DNA of 64,000 nt from Bacteroidales bacterium (lineage in GTDB: Bacteria; Bacteroidota; Bacteroidia; Bacteroidales; Paludibacteraceae), in assembly GCA_900769555.1 (NCBI GenBank), contig CAAGHA010000043.1, positions 30,175 through 94,174 of the forward strand. The letters run 5' to 3'. Below, piece by piece: positions 42,704 through 52,059 of the stretch. Made by a program: the position numbers and the translations under genes. The notes beneath the pieces were generated by a model. The model did not search any database and was not told the origin of the DNA. It saw nothing but the letters and a program-made list of their open reading frames with translations. The first letter of the stretch is position 1; each line of letters begins with the position of its first letter.

Positions 42704-45160
42704 TTGGATATGGTTTTCACTACAGGCGTTGAAACAAAAATAGGATTTGATAAAATCCGTCATTTACTGAAGTCTAATTGTCTTTCCTCTTTAGGAGAAA
42801 AGAAAGTGGATGAACTTGTTGTTTCAACTGATTATGAAGAGATTATTGAACAACTGAATCAAACCAACGAATTCCTAAAAATTGTAAAGGATGAGGATGA
42901 GTTCCCTATCGATTCTTACTACGACATTAAAAAGTGTATCGAAAAAATTGCAGTTGAAGGAACATTCATAGAGGTTACTGATCTTTTTAAATTACGACAA
43001 TCTCTCGCAACAATCGGACGCATCGTAAAATTTTTTAAGGGGAAAGAGGAAGAAAGTTTTTTCTACTTGAAACAGTTGAGCAATGACGTAGCAACATTTC
43101 CAGAAATTGTCGGTTCAATCGATAGAATATTGGATAAATTCGGAGAAATTAAAAACAATGCTTCTCCCGAATTAGCCGCTATACGTAGAAATATCGAGGA
43201 AGAAAGAGGTAGCATCTCAAAAGCTATTCAAAAGATTTTGCAACAAGCACAGAGTGAAGGATATGTTGATAAGGAGGCAACTCCCACAATTCGTGATGGA
43301 AGATTGGTTATCCCTGTTCCGCCTGCTCACAAAAGAAAAATCAGAGGAATTGTCCACGATGAATCGGCAACTGGGAAAACAGTGTTCATAGAGCCCGATA
43401 TTGCAGTAGAAATTAATAACAGAATAAGAGAGTTGTTGGCAGATGAAAAGCGTGAAATAATAAAGATATTAACACAAATCACCAACGAAATTCGTCCCTA
43501 CTCTCCTGAAATTGAAGAGTCGTTCAACTTTTTAGCAACCATTGATTTCATTCGTTCAAAAGCACTATTGGCAATTGAAACCAACTCAACATTGCCATCT
43601 ATTCAGAAAGATCCTATTATTGATTGGAGCGTTGCTATACATCCTATTCTTTATTTAAATCATTCGAAAGTGGGAAAAAAGGTAATCCCGTTGGATATTG
43701 AATTAAACAAAGAAAAAAGGATTTTAATTATATCAGGACCCAATGCGGGTGGTAAATCTGTCTGTTTGAAAACTGTTGGACTTCTTCAATATATGATGCA
43801 GAGTGGTTTGTTGGTACCACTTCACTCTTCCAGTAAAATGGGTTTATTCCATGCAATTTTAATTGATATTGGAGATGAGCAATCAATTGAAAATGACTTG
43901 AGTACGTATAGTTCTCATTTAACCAATATGAAACAGTTTGTTCGTAACTGCAACGATAAGTCCTTACTATTAATTGATGAGTTCGGTAGTGGAACAGAAC
44001 CAAATATCGGAGGGGCAATAGCTGAATCTCTTCTTAATCATTTTAATCAAAAAAAAGCATTTGGAGTTATTACAACACACTACACAAACATCAAAAACTT
44101 TGCCGAAGAGACAGATGGGATTGTAAATGGAGCAATGTTATATGATAGACATTTAATGCAACCTTTGTTCCGTTTGGAAATTGGTAATCCGGGAAGTTCT
44201 TTCGCAATTGAAATTGCTCGAAAAATAGGTTTGCCGGAAAGTGTGATTCATGAAGCAATTGATAAAGCAGGGAAAGAGTTGGTAGATATGGACAAATACC
44301 TTCAAGATATTGTTAGGGATAAACGATATTGGGAAGGTAAACGTCAGAATATCAAACAAAAAGAGAAGTATTTAGATGAACTAAAAGAAAAATATGAATC
44401 AGAATTGACTCAATTAGCCAAAGAGAAAAAAGAGGCGATGAAAGAAGCTAAACGTGAGGCTAAACGATTATTGGAACAATCCAACTCGATTATAGAGAAT
44501 ACAATCCGAAAAATAAAAGAGGCACAGGCAGAAAAAACAGCAACTCTAAAAGTTCGTAAAGAATTAGAAAAATTTAAAAATGATTTTGATTCAACTGAAT
44601 ATGATGATGCCACTATCAATAAACGTATTGAAAAGTTACGCAAAGATCAAAAACATAAAAATTCACAGAATCATAAAGAGGAAAAGGAGTTAATTAAAGT
44701 AGGTTCTATGGTCCGAATTAAGGGTCAAAGCGGTCATGGACAAGTGATTGAAATAAAAAAAGAGAATGTCATTGTTGCTCTTGGACAATTTAAGTTACCT
44801 GCTAAATTAAATCAATTGGAAATCATTAGCAATAATAAGCTAAAAAAAGAGAATCGCAACCAAAATTCCTATATGGTAACTTCTACCCTCGATGATGTGA
44901 GGGAACGGAGTTTAAACTTTAAAAGGGAAATTGATGTACGAGGTATGCGCGCGGATGAAGCCCTTCAAGCTGTAACCTACTTCATTGATGATGCAATTAT
45001 CGTGAATGTAGAGCAAGTTCGAATTTTACATGGAACTGGAACAGGAGTTCTAAGAGAATTAATCAGAAAATACCTAAAAACGATTCCCTCGGTAAGCTCT
45101 TTTAGGGACGAACATGTACAATTTGGTGGAGCAGGAATTACTGTAGTTGAATTTATATAA
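42704..45160 (+). CDS. mutS2: Endonuclease MutS2 (MutS domain ATPase with a C-terminal Smr domain)
   Basis: The Walker A box is ISGPNAGGKSVCLKTVGL and the Walker B box is LLLIDEFGSGTEP. There is a K/E-rich coiled coil. The C-terminal Smr domain reads IDVRGMRADEALQAVTYFIDDAIIVNVEQVRILHGTGTGVLRELI. Confidence 0.9.
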   Translation: MDMVFTTGVETKIGFDKIRHLLKSNCLSSLGEKKVDELVVSTDYEEIIEQLNQTNEFLKIVKDEDEFPIDSYYDIKKCIEKIAVEGTFIEVTDLFKLRQSLATIGRIVKFFKGKEEESFFYLKQLSNDVATFPEIVGSIDRILDKFGEIKNNASPELAAIRRNIEEERGSISKAIQKILQQAQSEGYVDKEATPTIRDGRLVIPVPPAHKRKIRGIVHDESATGKTVFIEPDIAVEINNRIRELLADEKREIIKILTQITNEIRPYSPEIEESFNFLATIDFIRSKALLAIETNSTLPSIQKDPIIDWSVAIHPILYLNHSKVGKKVIPLDIELNKEKRILIISGPNAGGKSVCLKTVGLLQYMMQSGLLVPLHSSSKMGLFHAILIDIGDEQSIENDLSTYSSHLTNMKQFVRNCNDKSLLLIDEFGSGTEPNIGGAIAESLLNHFNQKKAFGVITTHYTNIKNFAEETDGIVNGAMLYDRHLMQPLFRLEIGNPGSSFAIEIARKIGLPESVIHEAIDKAGKELVDMDKYLQDIVRDKRYWEGKRQNIKQKEKYLDELKEKYESELTQLAKEKKEAMKEAKREAKRLLEQSNSIIENTIRKIKEAQAEKTATLKVRKELEKFKNDFDSTEYDDATINKRIEKLRKDQKHKNSQNHKEEKELIKVGSMVRIKGQSGHGQVIEIKKENVIVALGQFKLPAKLNQLEIISNNKLKKENRNQNSYMVTSTLDDVRERSLNFKREIDVRGMRADEALQAVTYFIDDAIIVNVEQVRILHGTGTGVLRELIRKYLKTIPSVSSFRDEHVQFGGAGITVVEFI

Positions 45161-45181
45161 TAACAAATTTAAATAAGAAAA

Positions 45182-45877
45182 ATGAAAAAAATTTTATTAT
45201 TAATCACAGTGAGCTTAGTCTCAATATTTTCTGCCGTAGCTGAAGAAAATAGTTTCTATAATGAAAAAAAGAGAGTTCAATTTGGATTTGATTTTGGTGT
45301 TGGATACGTCAACCAATGGGGAAATGCCTATGATCCGTATGGTCAAACAGGTCTATTTGGCTTCTCTTTTGGAGTTGACTTAGATGTAAACTTTGGAAAG
45401 TATTCATTTGTAGAAATCGGAATGGCTTTCACTCGAAAAGGGTGTAAATTCCAAGGAAATGAATGGGTAAAAGATGGAGGACCATGGCAAATATATGACG
45501 AAGAGAGTTGCAAAGCCAATTTATTTTATCTAGAATGGCCTCTTTTGTATGGTTTATCAGTTCCTTTGGAGGGTGACATCGCATGGAAATTTATGGTTGG
45601 ACCATATTTTGCGTGTGGTGTTGCAGGAGATAGAAAATTCAATTATGTAGATCAAGGTGATCGTTTGAGTTTAATCAGCACATTCTCTAAAGATAATGAT
45701 TATGGATACAGACGATTTGATGTTGGAGGAAAGATTCAAACCGGTATTGAAATTAACAAGATGTCTTTCTTAATTGCTTACCAAATGGGATTTTTTGATA
45801 CTTTATTCTCAAAACAATACCACGAAATGAAAGCGTATAATAATAGTATAATGGCTGTAGTTTCGTTTAGGTACTAA
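45182..45877 (+). CDS. Outer-membrane beta-barrel protein (porin-family/OMP_b-brl-type)
   Basis: It has the signal peptide MKKILLLITVSLVSIFSAVA. Its length and alternating amphipathic strands fit a beta-barrel. The aromatic C-terminus ...AVVSFRY is typical of OMPs. Confidence 0.55.
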   Translation: MKKILLLITVSLVSIFSAVAEENSFYNEKKRVQFGFDFGVGYVNQWGNAYDPYGQTGLFGFSFGVDLDVNFGKYSFVEIGMAFTRKGCKFQGNEWVKDGGPWQIYDEESCKANLFYLEWPLLYGLSVPLEGDIAWKFMVGPYFACGVAGDRKFNYVDQGDRLSLISTFSKDNDYGYRRFDVGGKIQTGIEINKMSFLIAYQMGFFDTLFSKQYHEMKAYNNSIMAVVSFRY

Positions 45878-45886
45878 GAAACTAAA

Positions 45887-45931
45887 GGCAATTTCTATAA
45901 ATTATCTCTTCTGATTTATAGAAATTGCCTA
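45887..45931. terminator. Perfect 17-bp inverted repeat (stem-loop) downstream of the OMP gene; probable terminator
   Basis: aggcaatttctataaat (45887–45903) pairs with atttatagaaattgcct (45915–45931), with an 11-nt loop. There is no clear U-tract. Confidence 0.5.
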
Positions 45932-45947
45932 AAGGATAGAGAATGAT

Positions 45948-46238
45948 ATGAAAAGAAATGATTTTTTACCACTAAAGGAAGTATTGAAAAACGTTTTAAA
46001 TGAAGAACGATTCAAGGGGAAATTAGATGAGCGAAAACTCATTGAACATTGGAGCAATATTGTAGGGGAAATCATCTCAAAAGAGACCAAACAGATTTAC
46101 ATAAAAAATCGAAAACTATTTGTTAAAATTGATTCTCCATTTGCAAAAAATGATTTGATATATCGAAGAAAAGAATTAACAAAAAAACTTAACACCCACG
46201 TTGATGCATCAGTTATCGACGATATAATTTTCTTATAA
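45948..46238 (+). CDS. DUF721 (DciA-like) domain protein
   Basis: The sequence LKEVLKNVLNEE...LIEHWSNIVGEIISKETKQIYIKNRKLFVKIDSPFAKNDLIYRRKELTKKLN follows the DUF721 pattern. That pattern is W..IVG..IA..T.P..L..G.L.V.V.S.A...L......L...L. Confidence 0.55.
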   Translation: MKRNDFLPLKEVLKNVLNEERFKGKLDERKLIEHWSNIVGEIISKETKQIYIKNRKLFVKIDSPFAKNDLIYRRKELTKKLNTHVDASVIDDIIFL

Positions 46239-46239
46239 A

Positions 46240-46686
46240 ATGGATCATACATTACTAGACATAAATCAAATTGAATTTAATCATCAACAAGAGATACAGA
46301 TCCGCTTTAATGATGTTGATGTAATCGGACATGTAAATAATGCCGTACAACTTAGTTATTTCGATATAGGAAAAGTTAAATATTTTGAAGCCTTAAAAAA
46401 TCAAGTATTTAATTGGCAAGGAGCAGAATTGGTTATTGTAAATCTCAACGTAGATTTTGTCCAACCTATATTTATGAACGATACGATTGTAGTAAAAACA
46501 AAAATTTATGAAATAGGAAACAAAAGTGTAAAATTAGTTCAAGTATTATTTGATGAAAAAACGAATAGTGTAAAATCTGTTTGCAGAACCATCATGTGCG
46601 GATTTGACCCTAAAACCAATACTTCCTTACAAATTTCAAAAGAGTGGAGAGAATTGATCTACAATTATGAAAAATTTCATCCATAA
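46240..46686 (+). CDS. Hotdog-fold acyl-CoA thioesterase (4HBT/YbgC-like)
   Basis: The motif RFNDVDVIGHVNNAVQLSYFDIGKVKYFEAL matches the thioesterase signature (D.D..GHVNNA.Y..YFE.AR..F). Its length is 148 aa. Confidence 0.7.
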   Translation: MDHTLLDINQIEFNHQQEIQIRFNDVDVIGHVNNAVQLSYFDIGKVKYFEALKNQVFNWQGAELVIVNLNVDFVQPIFMNDTIVVKTKIYEIGNKSVKLVQVLFDEKTNSVKSVCRTIMCGFDPKTNTSLQISKEWRELIYNYEKFHP

Positions 46687-46750
46687 AAAGGAGGGTAAAC
46701 TAAAAAACAAGTAAAATATTGTACTAAAATTTGAAAAAAAAGCAAACTTT

Positions 46751-46782
46751 TTTGGAAATCACAAAAACGAACCCTATATTTG
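46751..46782 (+). promoter_or_regulatory. Bacteroidetes sigma-A-type promoter (TTTG-N20-TATATTTG) upstream of the small T9SS C-terminal-domain ORF
   Basis: The -33 element TTTG lies at 46751–46754. The -7 element TATATTTG lies at 46775–46782. The spacer is 20 bp and the ATG is at 46801. Confidence 0.5.
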
Positions 46783-46800
46783 TCTCGAATATAAAGGTTT

Positions 46801-47124
46801 ATGAAACAATTGTATAAATTCATATTACTATTAGCATTGATTCTTGTTGGGAATTTTAATGCGTTTGCACAAGAGGTTGATGCATCTAACGAAGAAACAA
46901 ATACCTCGTTGAAAGAGCAACGCATGACAATTAGTGTATATAATAATACGTTGTACATCATCAATGCAAAAGAGAATGAAAAGGTTGATATTATGAATAT
47001 GCTAGGTGAAAATATACTATCTTATTCCATAAAATCAGAAGATGAGCGCATACAATTGAATGTCAAAAAGGGATTCTACATCGTAAAAGTTGGCGAAATA
47101 GTGCAACGTATCGTTGTAAAATAA
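46801..47124 (+). CDS. Small (107 aa) secreted protein consisting essentially of a signal peptide plus a T9SS type-A (Por) C-terminal sorting domain
   Basis: The signal peptide is MKQLYKFILLLALILVGNFNAFA|QE. The C-terminal ~65 aa, ISVYNNTLYIINAKENEKVDIMNMLGENILSYSIKSEDERIQLNVKKGFYIVKVGEIVQRIVVK, fit the TIGR04183 pattern. That pattern is Y.N.....I......V.I.N.LG..V.......I.....KG.YIVK.......KIV. Confidence 0.55.
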   Translation: MKQLYKFILLLALILVGNFNAFAQEVDASNEETNTSLKEQRMTISVYNNTLYIINAKENEKVDIMNMLGENILSYSIKSEDERIQLNVKKGFYIVKVGEIVQRIVVK

Positions 47125-47137
47125 TTGGGTTCTAACG

Positions 47138-48301
47138 ATGAAAAAAATTGTTCTATTTTTATTACCTCTATTGTTTTTTTGCGAAATCACTTACGGACGT
47201 ACTCAAATCAGCCTATTAACAAGTACTGCGTGTGACAATGCCATATATACTGTTTGGGGGCACTCTGCAATAAGGGTATATAATGAAAAGGAAGACCATG
47301 TGTATAACTATGGGGTATTCTCATTTGGAGAGGGTTTTATCTATAATTTCATAACAGGACAAACTGATTACAAAGTTGATCGCGATTATAGTGTTCTAAG
47401 TTCTATACGAAGTGCCAATCGAAAAAACGTCTATTTATACGAGCAATTGTTAAATGTTACAGAGGAAGAGGCTAACGAAATTGCTTTAAATCTTGAACTA
47501 AACGCACTTCCAGAAAACTGCTATTATCGTTATAACTTTTTTTACGATAATTGTGCCACACGACCACGAAAAATGATTGAAAAGAGTATTTCCGATATTC
47601 AATATCCAATCTTTAATAATACTAAAACGTACAGAGACATCATTTACGAACTAACAGCCACTCTTCCGTGGTACACATTAGCTATCGACTATTGTATGGG
47701 TAGCCCTACCGATCAAGTTGTATCAGATAGTTTAATGATGTTTCTTCCTTTAGAATTAAACAAAGCATTAAGTCAAGCTACAAGAAAAGATAGTCTCGGC
47801 AATAATGTCCCGGTAGTAAAATACGAACATACACTCGTCACACCATCAGAAGAAAAGACATTTGAAAATCAACTACATCCAACAAGGGTTATCACAATTG
47901 CTGCACTAATTTTGGCAATCTTGATAATTGTCGGATACAAACGATGGAATCAAAGAGTTTTAGACATCGTACTTTTTGCTCTATTTGGTATTCTCGGATC
48001 ACTAATCTTCTTTCTAAACTTCTTTTCAGAACACCCTTGCGTCAGTCCGAACTTCAACCTACTATGGAGCAATCCGCTCCAGTTACTTTTTGCAATATTG
48101 GTCCCGATAAAAGGTTTTAAGAAAATCGGTATAAAATATCAATATTTTAATTTAACAACCATTGTATTAGCATTTATCATAGGTGTAACACATATACAAG
48201 TATTTAATCCTGCATTCTATCCTGCAATAGCAATATTAGCGATGCAATCCATTTCATATATACTAAGAAAAGGAGAAAAAAAAGCGAATAAATCGAAGTA
48301 A
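47138..48301 (+). CDS. DUF4105 (Lnb N-terminal periplasmic domain) membrane protein
   Basis: It has a signal peptide, and WGHSAIRVYNEK...YNYGVFSF matches DUF4105. The C-terminal third has about 4 hydrophobic TM segments. Confidence 0.55.
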   Translation: MKKIVLFLLPLLFFCEITYGRTQISLLTSTACDNAIYTVWGHSAIRVYNEKEDHVYNYGVFSFGEGFIYNFITGQTDYKVDRDYSVLSSIRSANRKNVYLYEQLLNVTEEEANEIALNLELNALPENCYYRYNFFYDNCATRPRKMIEKSISDIQYPIFNNTKTYRDIIYELTATLPWYTLAIDYCMGSPTDQVVSDSLMMFLPLELNKALSQATRKDSLGNNVPVVKYEHTLVTPSEEKTFENQLHPTRVITIAALILAILIIVGYKRWNQRVLDIVLFALFGILGSLIFFLNFFSEHPCVSPNFNLLWSNPLQLLFAILVPIKGFKKIGIKYQYFNLTTIVLAFIIGVTHIQVFNPAFYPAIAILAMQSISYILRKGEKKANKSK

Positions 48302-48556
48302 AAAAAGAATTTTCAACAAGGAGTGTTTTTTTTTCAAAAAAATGCGTTCCATTATTAAATAAAAATTTAAATTTGCAGAGAAAAGTGAAGAAATTCACTT
48401 GAAAGACTATGCAAAAACTATATTTAGTCAAAAGAACGATAGTGATTACAAAGATAAATAAGAGAAAAATTACTGGTAATCAATCGGATAGTCAAAAAAA
48501 AAGATAAATTAAATAGAATGGGAGTCACTCCCCTAACTTAAATACGTATAGAAGAT

Positions 48557-48685
48557 ATGAAATTAGTAAAGTTAATTATTTCAGCAGCTATGTTATTAGC
48601 TTTAATGGGTTCATGCAAACAACAATTGTGCCCTGGTTATGGAGAGTTAAATAATGAAGCTCAACAAACAGAAGAGAGAGCATAG
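48557..48685 (+). CDS. Tiny (42 aa) putative lipoprotein or secreted peptide, not in the ORF track
   Basis: The ORF is MKLVKLIISAAMLLALMGSCKQQLCPGYGELNNEAQQTEERA*. It has a signal peptide with a lipobox-like LMGSC, and the Cys would be residue +1. Confidence 0.3.
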   Translation: MKLVKLIISAAMLLALMGSCKQQLCPGYGELNNEAQQTEERA

Positions 48686-48686
48686 C

Positions 48687-48770
48687 ATGTTCCGATACGT
48701 AAAGATAGCGTTTTTGATATTGGTTACCCTGATTATTGTCTCATGCAAATCGGGGTGTGGCTGTTTTTAG
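48687..48770 (+). CDS. Tiny (27 aa) putative lipopeptide ORF lying 1 nt after the previous one
   Basis: The ORF is MFRYVKIAFLILVTLIIVSCKSGCGCF*. It has a signal-peptide-like N-terminus with the lipobox IVSC, and a Cys-rich tail. Confidence 0.25.
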   Translation: MFRYVKIAFLILVTLIIVSCKSGCGCF

Positions 48771-48851
48771 TCTATTGGATATCATAGCATGGAAAATAAA
48801 TGAAGAAAAGAAAATTTTAATTATTGTTTAACATAACAAAATTTTAAAAAA

Positions 48852-49880
48852 ATGGTAAAAGTTGCTATTAATGGTTTCGGACGTATTGGACGTCTTGCAT
48901 TCCGTCAAATGTTTGAAGCAGATGGTTATGAAGTAGTTGCAATCAATGACTTAACAAGCCCTGCTATGCTTGCTCACCTTTTGAAATATGACACTGCACA
49001 AGGTGGTTTCGCTGGAAAATTTGGTGAAGGAAAACACACAGTTTCTGCAACTGAAGATTCAATCATCGTTGATGGAAAAGAAATCAAAATCTCTAAGGAA
49101 GCTGACGCAAACAACTGCCCTTGGGCAAAATACAATGTTGACGTTGTTCTTGAGTGTACAGGTTTCTATACTTCAAAAGATAAAGCTCAAGCTCACATCA
49201 ATGCTGGTGCAAAGAAAGTTGTTATCTCTGCTCCTGCAGGAAACGATCTTCCAACTATCGTTTACAATGTAAACCACAATACATTGAAATCTGATGACAA
49301 GATCATCTCTGCAGCTTCTTGTACTACTAACTGTTTGGCTCCAATGGCAGATGCTTTGAACAAATATGCTGCTATCCAATCAGGTATCATGTCAACTATC
49401 CACGCTTACACTGGTGACCAAATGATCTTGGATGGTCCTCAACGTAAGGGTGACCTTCGTCGTTCTCGTGCAGGTGCTCAAAATATCGTTCCTAACTCAA
49501 CTGGTGCTGCAAAAGCTATCGGTTTGGTTATCCCTGAATTGAACGGTAAGTTGATTGGTTCTGCTCAACGTATCCCTACTCCAACCGGATCTACTACTAT
49601 CTTGATCGCTGTTGTTAAAGGTAAAGACGTTACTAAAGAAGGTATCAATGCTGCAATGAAAGCTGCTGCTAACGAATCTTATGGATACACTGAAGATGAA
49701 ATCGTTTCTTCTGACGTTATCGGTATGAAGTTCGGTTCTTTGTTCGATGCTACTCAAACTATGGTTTCTAAGATTGACGAAGATACTTACCAAGTTCAAG
49801 TTGTTTCTTGGTATGATAACGAGAACTCTTATACTTCTCAAATGGTTAGAACTATCAAATTCTTCGCTGAACTTGGATAA
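48852..49880 (+). CDS. gap: Type I glyceraldehyde-3-phosphate dehydrogenase
   Basis: The NAD-binding N-terminus is [14 protein letters not shown]. The active-site Cys motif [10 protein letters not shown] is present. The 342-aa protein is colinear with GapA. Confidence 0.95.
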   Translation: MVKVAINGFGRIGRLAFRQMFEADGYEVVAINDLTSPAMLAHLLKYDTAQGGFAGKFGEGKHTVSATEDSIIVDGKEIKISKEADANNCPWAKYNVDVVLECTGFYTSKDKAQAHINAGAKKVVISAPAGNDLPTIVYNVNHNTLKSDDKIISAASCTTNCLAPMADALNKYAAIQSGIMSTIHAYTGDQMILDGPQRKGDLRRSRAGAQNIVPNSTGAAKAIGLVIPELNGKLIGSAQRIPTPTGSTTILIAVVKGKDVTKEGINAAMKAAANESYGYTEDEIVSSDVIGMKFGSLFDATQTMVSKIDEDTYQVQVVSWYDNENSYTSQMVRTIKFFAELG

Positions 49881-49902
49881 TTCTATCAAAATAGATTCTA
49901 AA

Positions 49903-49937
49903 ATAGGCATGTATCTTACATGCCTATTTTTTTTGCC
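49903..49937 (+). terminator. Rho-independent terminator of gap
   Basis: The stem ataggcatgta (49903–49913) pairs with tacatgcctat (49917–49927) around a 3-nt loop. The T-run tttttttt follows. Confidence 0.75.
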
Positions 49938-50438
49938 CTTTTTTAAATGATTTTATTAAAATTTATTTGAAAATTTCACTCGGTCACGATGCCCGCTTCA
50001 CTCCTTTGCAAATATAAATAACCTACGCTGAAATGCCTTTTAAAATCATATCGAGCTAATTTATGGTAACTAACTAATTTAAAATACCGCCTAAGCTACA
50101 TAACAAAATTTACTTAAGAAAAAAATATTTACCTACTTAATATAACAAAAAGAATTACTTATATTTGCATAGAGGGTGGTTCTAAGATTTGTAAAAAAAA
50201 CAATATTAAAAGAGTTTTTGTTACAATTAGAAACATCATGAATAAATGATGAAACAAGTGTAGATTAAAGTAACATTATTAAAACGCAATAATTGGGGCA
50301 AATTCTATAATTTCTGTGGAATAATATCTAAAGACATTTATCAGCAACAAAATTAATAGAATATACTCAAAAAAACATCTACTGCAAATTTGTTTTTAAA
50401 TAAAGAACTAGTGTTAAATCTAATAATAATATTTCATA

Positions 50439-51809
50439 ATGGGAACATTTAATGAATACAACCATTTTTTCTTTATCGGAGTTGCCGGTACTGGAATGAG
50501 TGCAATTGCTCAGTACTTACGAGGAATCGGGAAAGAGGTTTCCGGTAGCGACCGCTTGTTTGCAGAAGAAAAGATGAATATTCAAACCCAATTAGAAGAT
50601 TTAGGTATCAAATGCTATAATCAAGATGGAAGCGGCATCGATGAAAGTATTGATGTTGTAGTTATTTCTACAGCTATTGAGGATTCAAACATTGAATTAA
50701 TAAAAGCAAGAGAACTAAATATTAAAGTTATTAAAAGATCTGAACTTTTAGCTTCGATATCAAAAACCAAAAGAACAATCTCAGTGGGAGGTACATCCGG
50801 AAAATCTACTACAACAGCTATGATTTTCCACATCCTTAATCAATGTGGCAAATCGCCTTCACTAATGAGTGGTGCAGGTTTAACTGCTCTGCAGAAACAG
50901 GGGCTAATAGGGAATGCTTACAATGGGAAAAGTGATTGGTTGGTGATTGAAGCTGATGAGTCTGATGGTTCAATTGTTAACTATATTTCTGAAATTGCAG
51001 TTCTGCTAAACATCGACAGAGATCATAAAGAATTTTCTGAGCTAACCGAGTTATTCTACACATTTAGAGCTAATACCACAAAAACGTTTATTGTCAATCA
51101 AAGTCATGCAATGACTAAAAAACTATCAATTGATCCTTTGTACGATTTTGGTGTTGATTGCCCCGAAGCTGGTGTTAATGGTACGGATTTTAGTCAGAAA
51201 GGCTTTACCATACGTTTTAATTGCAACGGAAATTTGGTAAATCTTTCAGCTATCGGAAAGCATAATATGGAGAATGCCTTGGCCGCGATTGCTGCATGTC
51301 ATGCTGCAGGAATTGAAATTTCTGATGGAGCAAGAGCATTATCTACTTACGAAGGGATATATAGAAGAACCCAAATTGTTGGAAAAAGCAACAATAAAAT
51401 AGTGATAGATGATTTTGCCCATAACCCTGCAGAGGTGATTTGCGCCATAAAGTCTTGCCAAAACATAGGAAAGAGGGTAATAGCATGGTTTCAACCCCAC
51501 GGATATGGTCCACTAAAATTCATGCATAAGGAATTGATTCACGAAGTTTTAAAAACATTGAGAAGCAACGATTTATTTGTTCTATCAGATGTTTATTATG
51601 CAGGGGGAACGGTAACCAAAGAGGTAACTTCTGAAATGGTTGCCAATGAATTGAAACGATTTTCTCCAAATATTCTTTACTTTGCCAACAGAGATGAATT
51701 TATCCCCTACTTAAACGAAAATAGCAAAGAGGGAGATATTATATTAACAATGGGAGCTAGAGACCCTAACCTACCCCAATTTGCTCAAAGAATCCTAGAC
51801 GTAATATAA
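50439..51809 (+). CDS. Mur ligase family protein, MurC/Mpl-like (UDP-N-acetylmuramate--L-alanine ligase-like)
   Basis: The N-terminal Rossmann signature is FFFIGVAGTGMSAIAQYLRGIGKEVSGSD. The Mur-ligase P-loop is GTSGKSTTTAMI. The C-terminal pattern DDFAHNPAEV...WFQPHGYGP...DLFVLSDVYYAGG is typical of MurC/Mpl. Confidence 0.65.
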   Translation: MGTFNEYNHFFFIGVAGTGMSAIAQYLRGIGKEVSGSDRLFAEEKMNIQTQLEDLGIKCYNQDGSGIDESIDVVVISTAIEDSNIELIKARELNIKVIKRSELLASISKTKRTISVGGTSGKSTTTAMIFHILNQCGKSPSLMSGAGLTALQKQGLIGNAYNGKSDWLVIEADESDGSIVNYISEIAVLLNIDRDHKEFSELTELFYTFRANTTKTFIVNQSHAMTKKLSIDPLYDFGVDCPEAGVNGTDFSQKGFTIRFNCNGNLVNLSAIGKHNMENALAAIAACHAAGIEISDGARALSTYEGIYRRTQIVGKSNNKIVIDDFAHNPAEVICAIKSCQNIGKRVIAWFQPHGYGPLKFMHKELIHEVLKTLRSNDLFVLSDVYYAGGTVTKEVTSEMVANELKRFSPNILYFANRDEFIPYLNENSKEGDIILTMGARDPNLPQFAQRILDVI

Positions 51810-52059
51810 GGTAATTAGGGAAAGATGTGATAAGTTAAAAAATTAATTTAACCAACTTCTCGCACAACCGCACATAATTAAGTCGTTTTTTGTAAAAAAA
51901 TAAAAAGAGGAAGAAACAAGAAACAATCAAGACACATACTCTCTGAAGAGAATAGTCTCAACAAGAACCACAAGTGAAGTAAAGTAGCAATATCGTCTAC
52001 TCTAAATTATGGATACTACCAACACTTATGGAGAGTACAATTTTTCTACATTCTAGCAA

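Noticed and set aside
48852-49880. Distinct codon usage in gap, possibly indicating horizontal transfer
   Set aside because: The strong bias toward a subset of codons (GGT, GCT, AAA, ATC...) is typical of a highly expressed glycolytic gene, and its GC is not elevated. I attribute it to translational selection.
51810-52059. The 250-bp convergent gap between the MurC-like gene and mltD, as a possible element
   Set aside because: I found no convincing hairpin, ORF or motif. The imperfect ctctctgaagaga is not a true palindrome.
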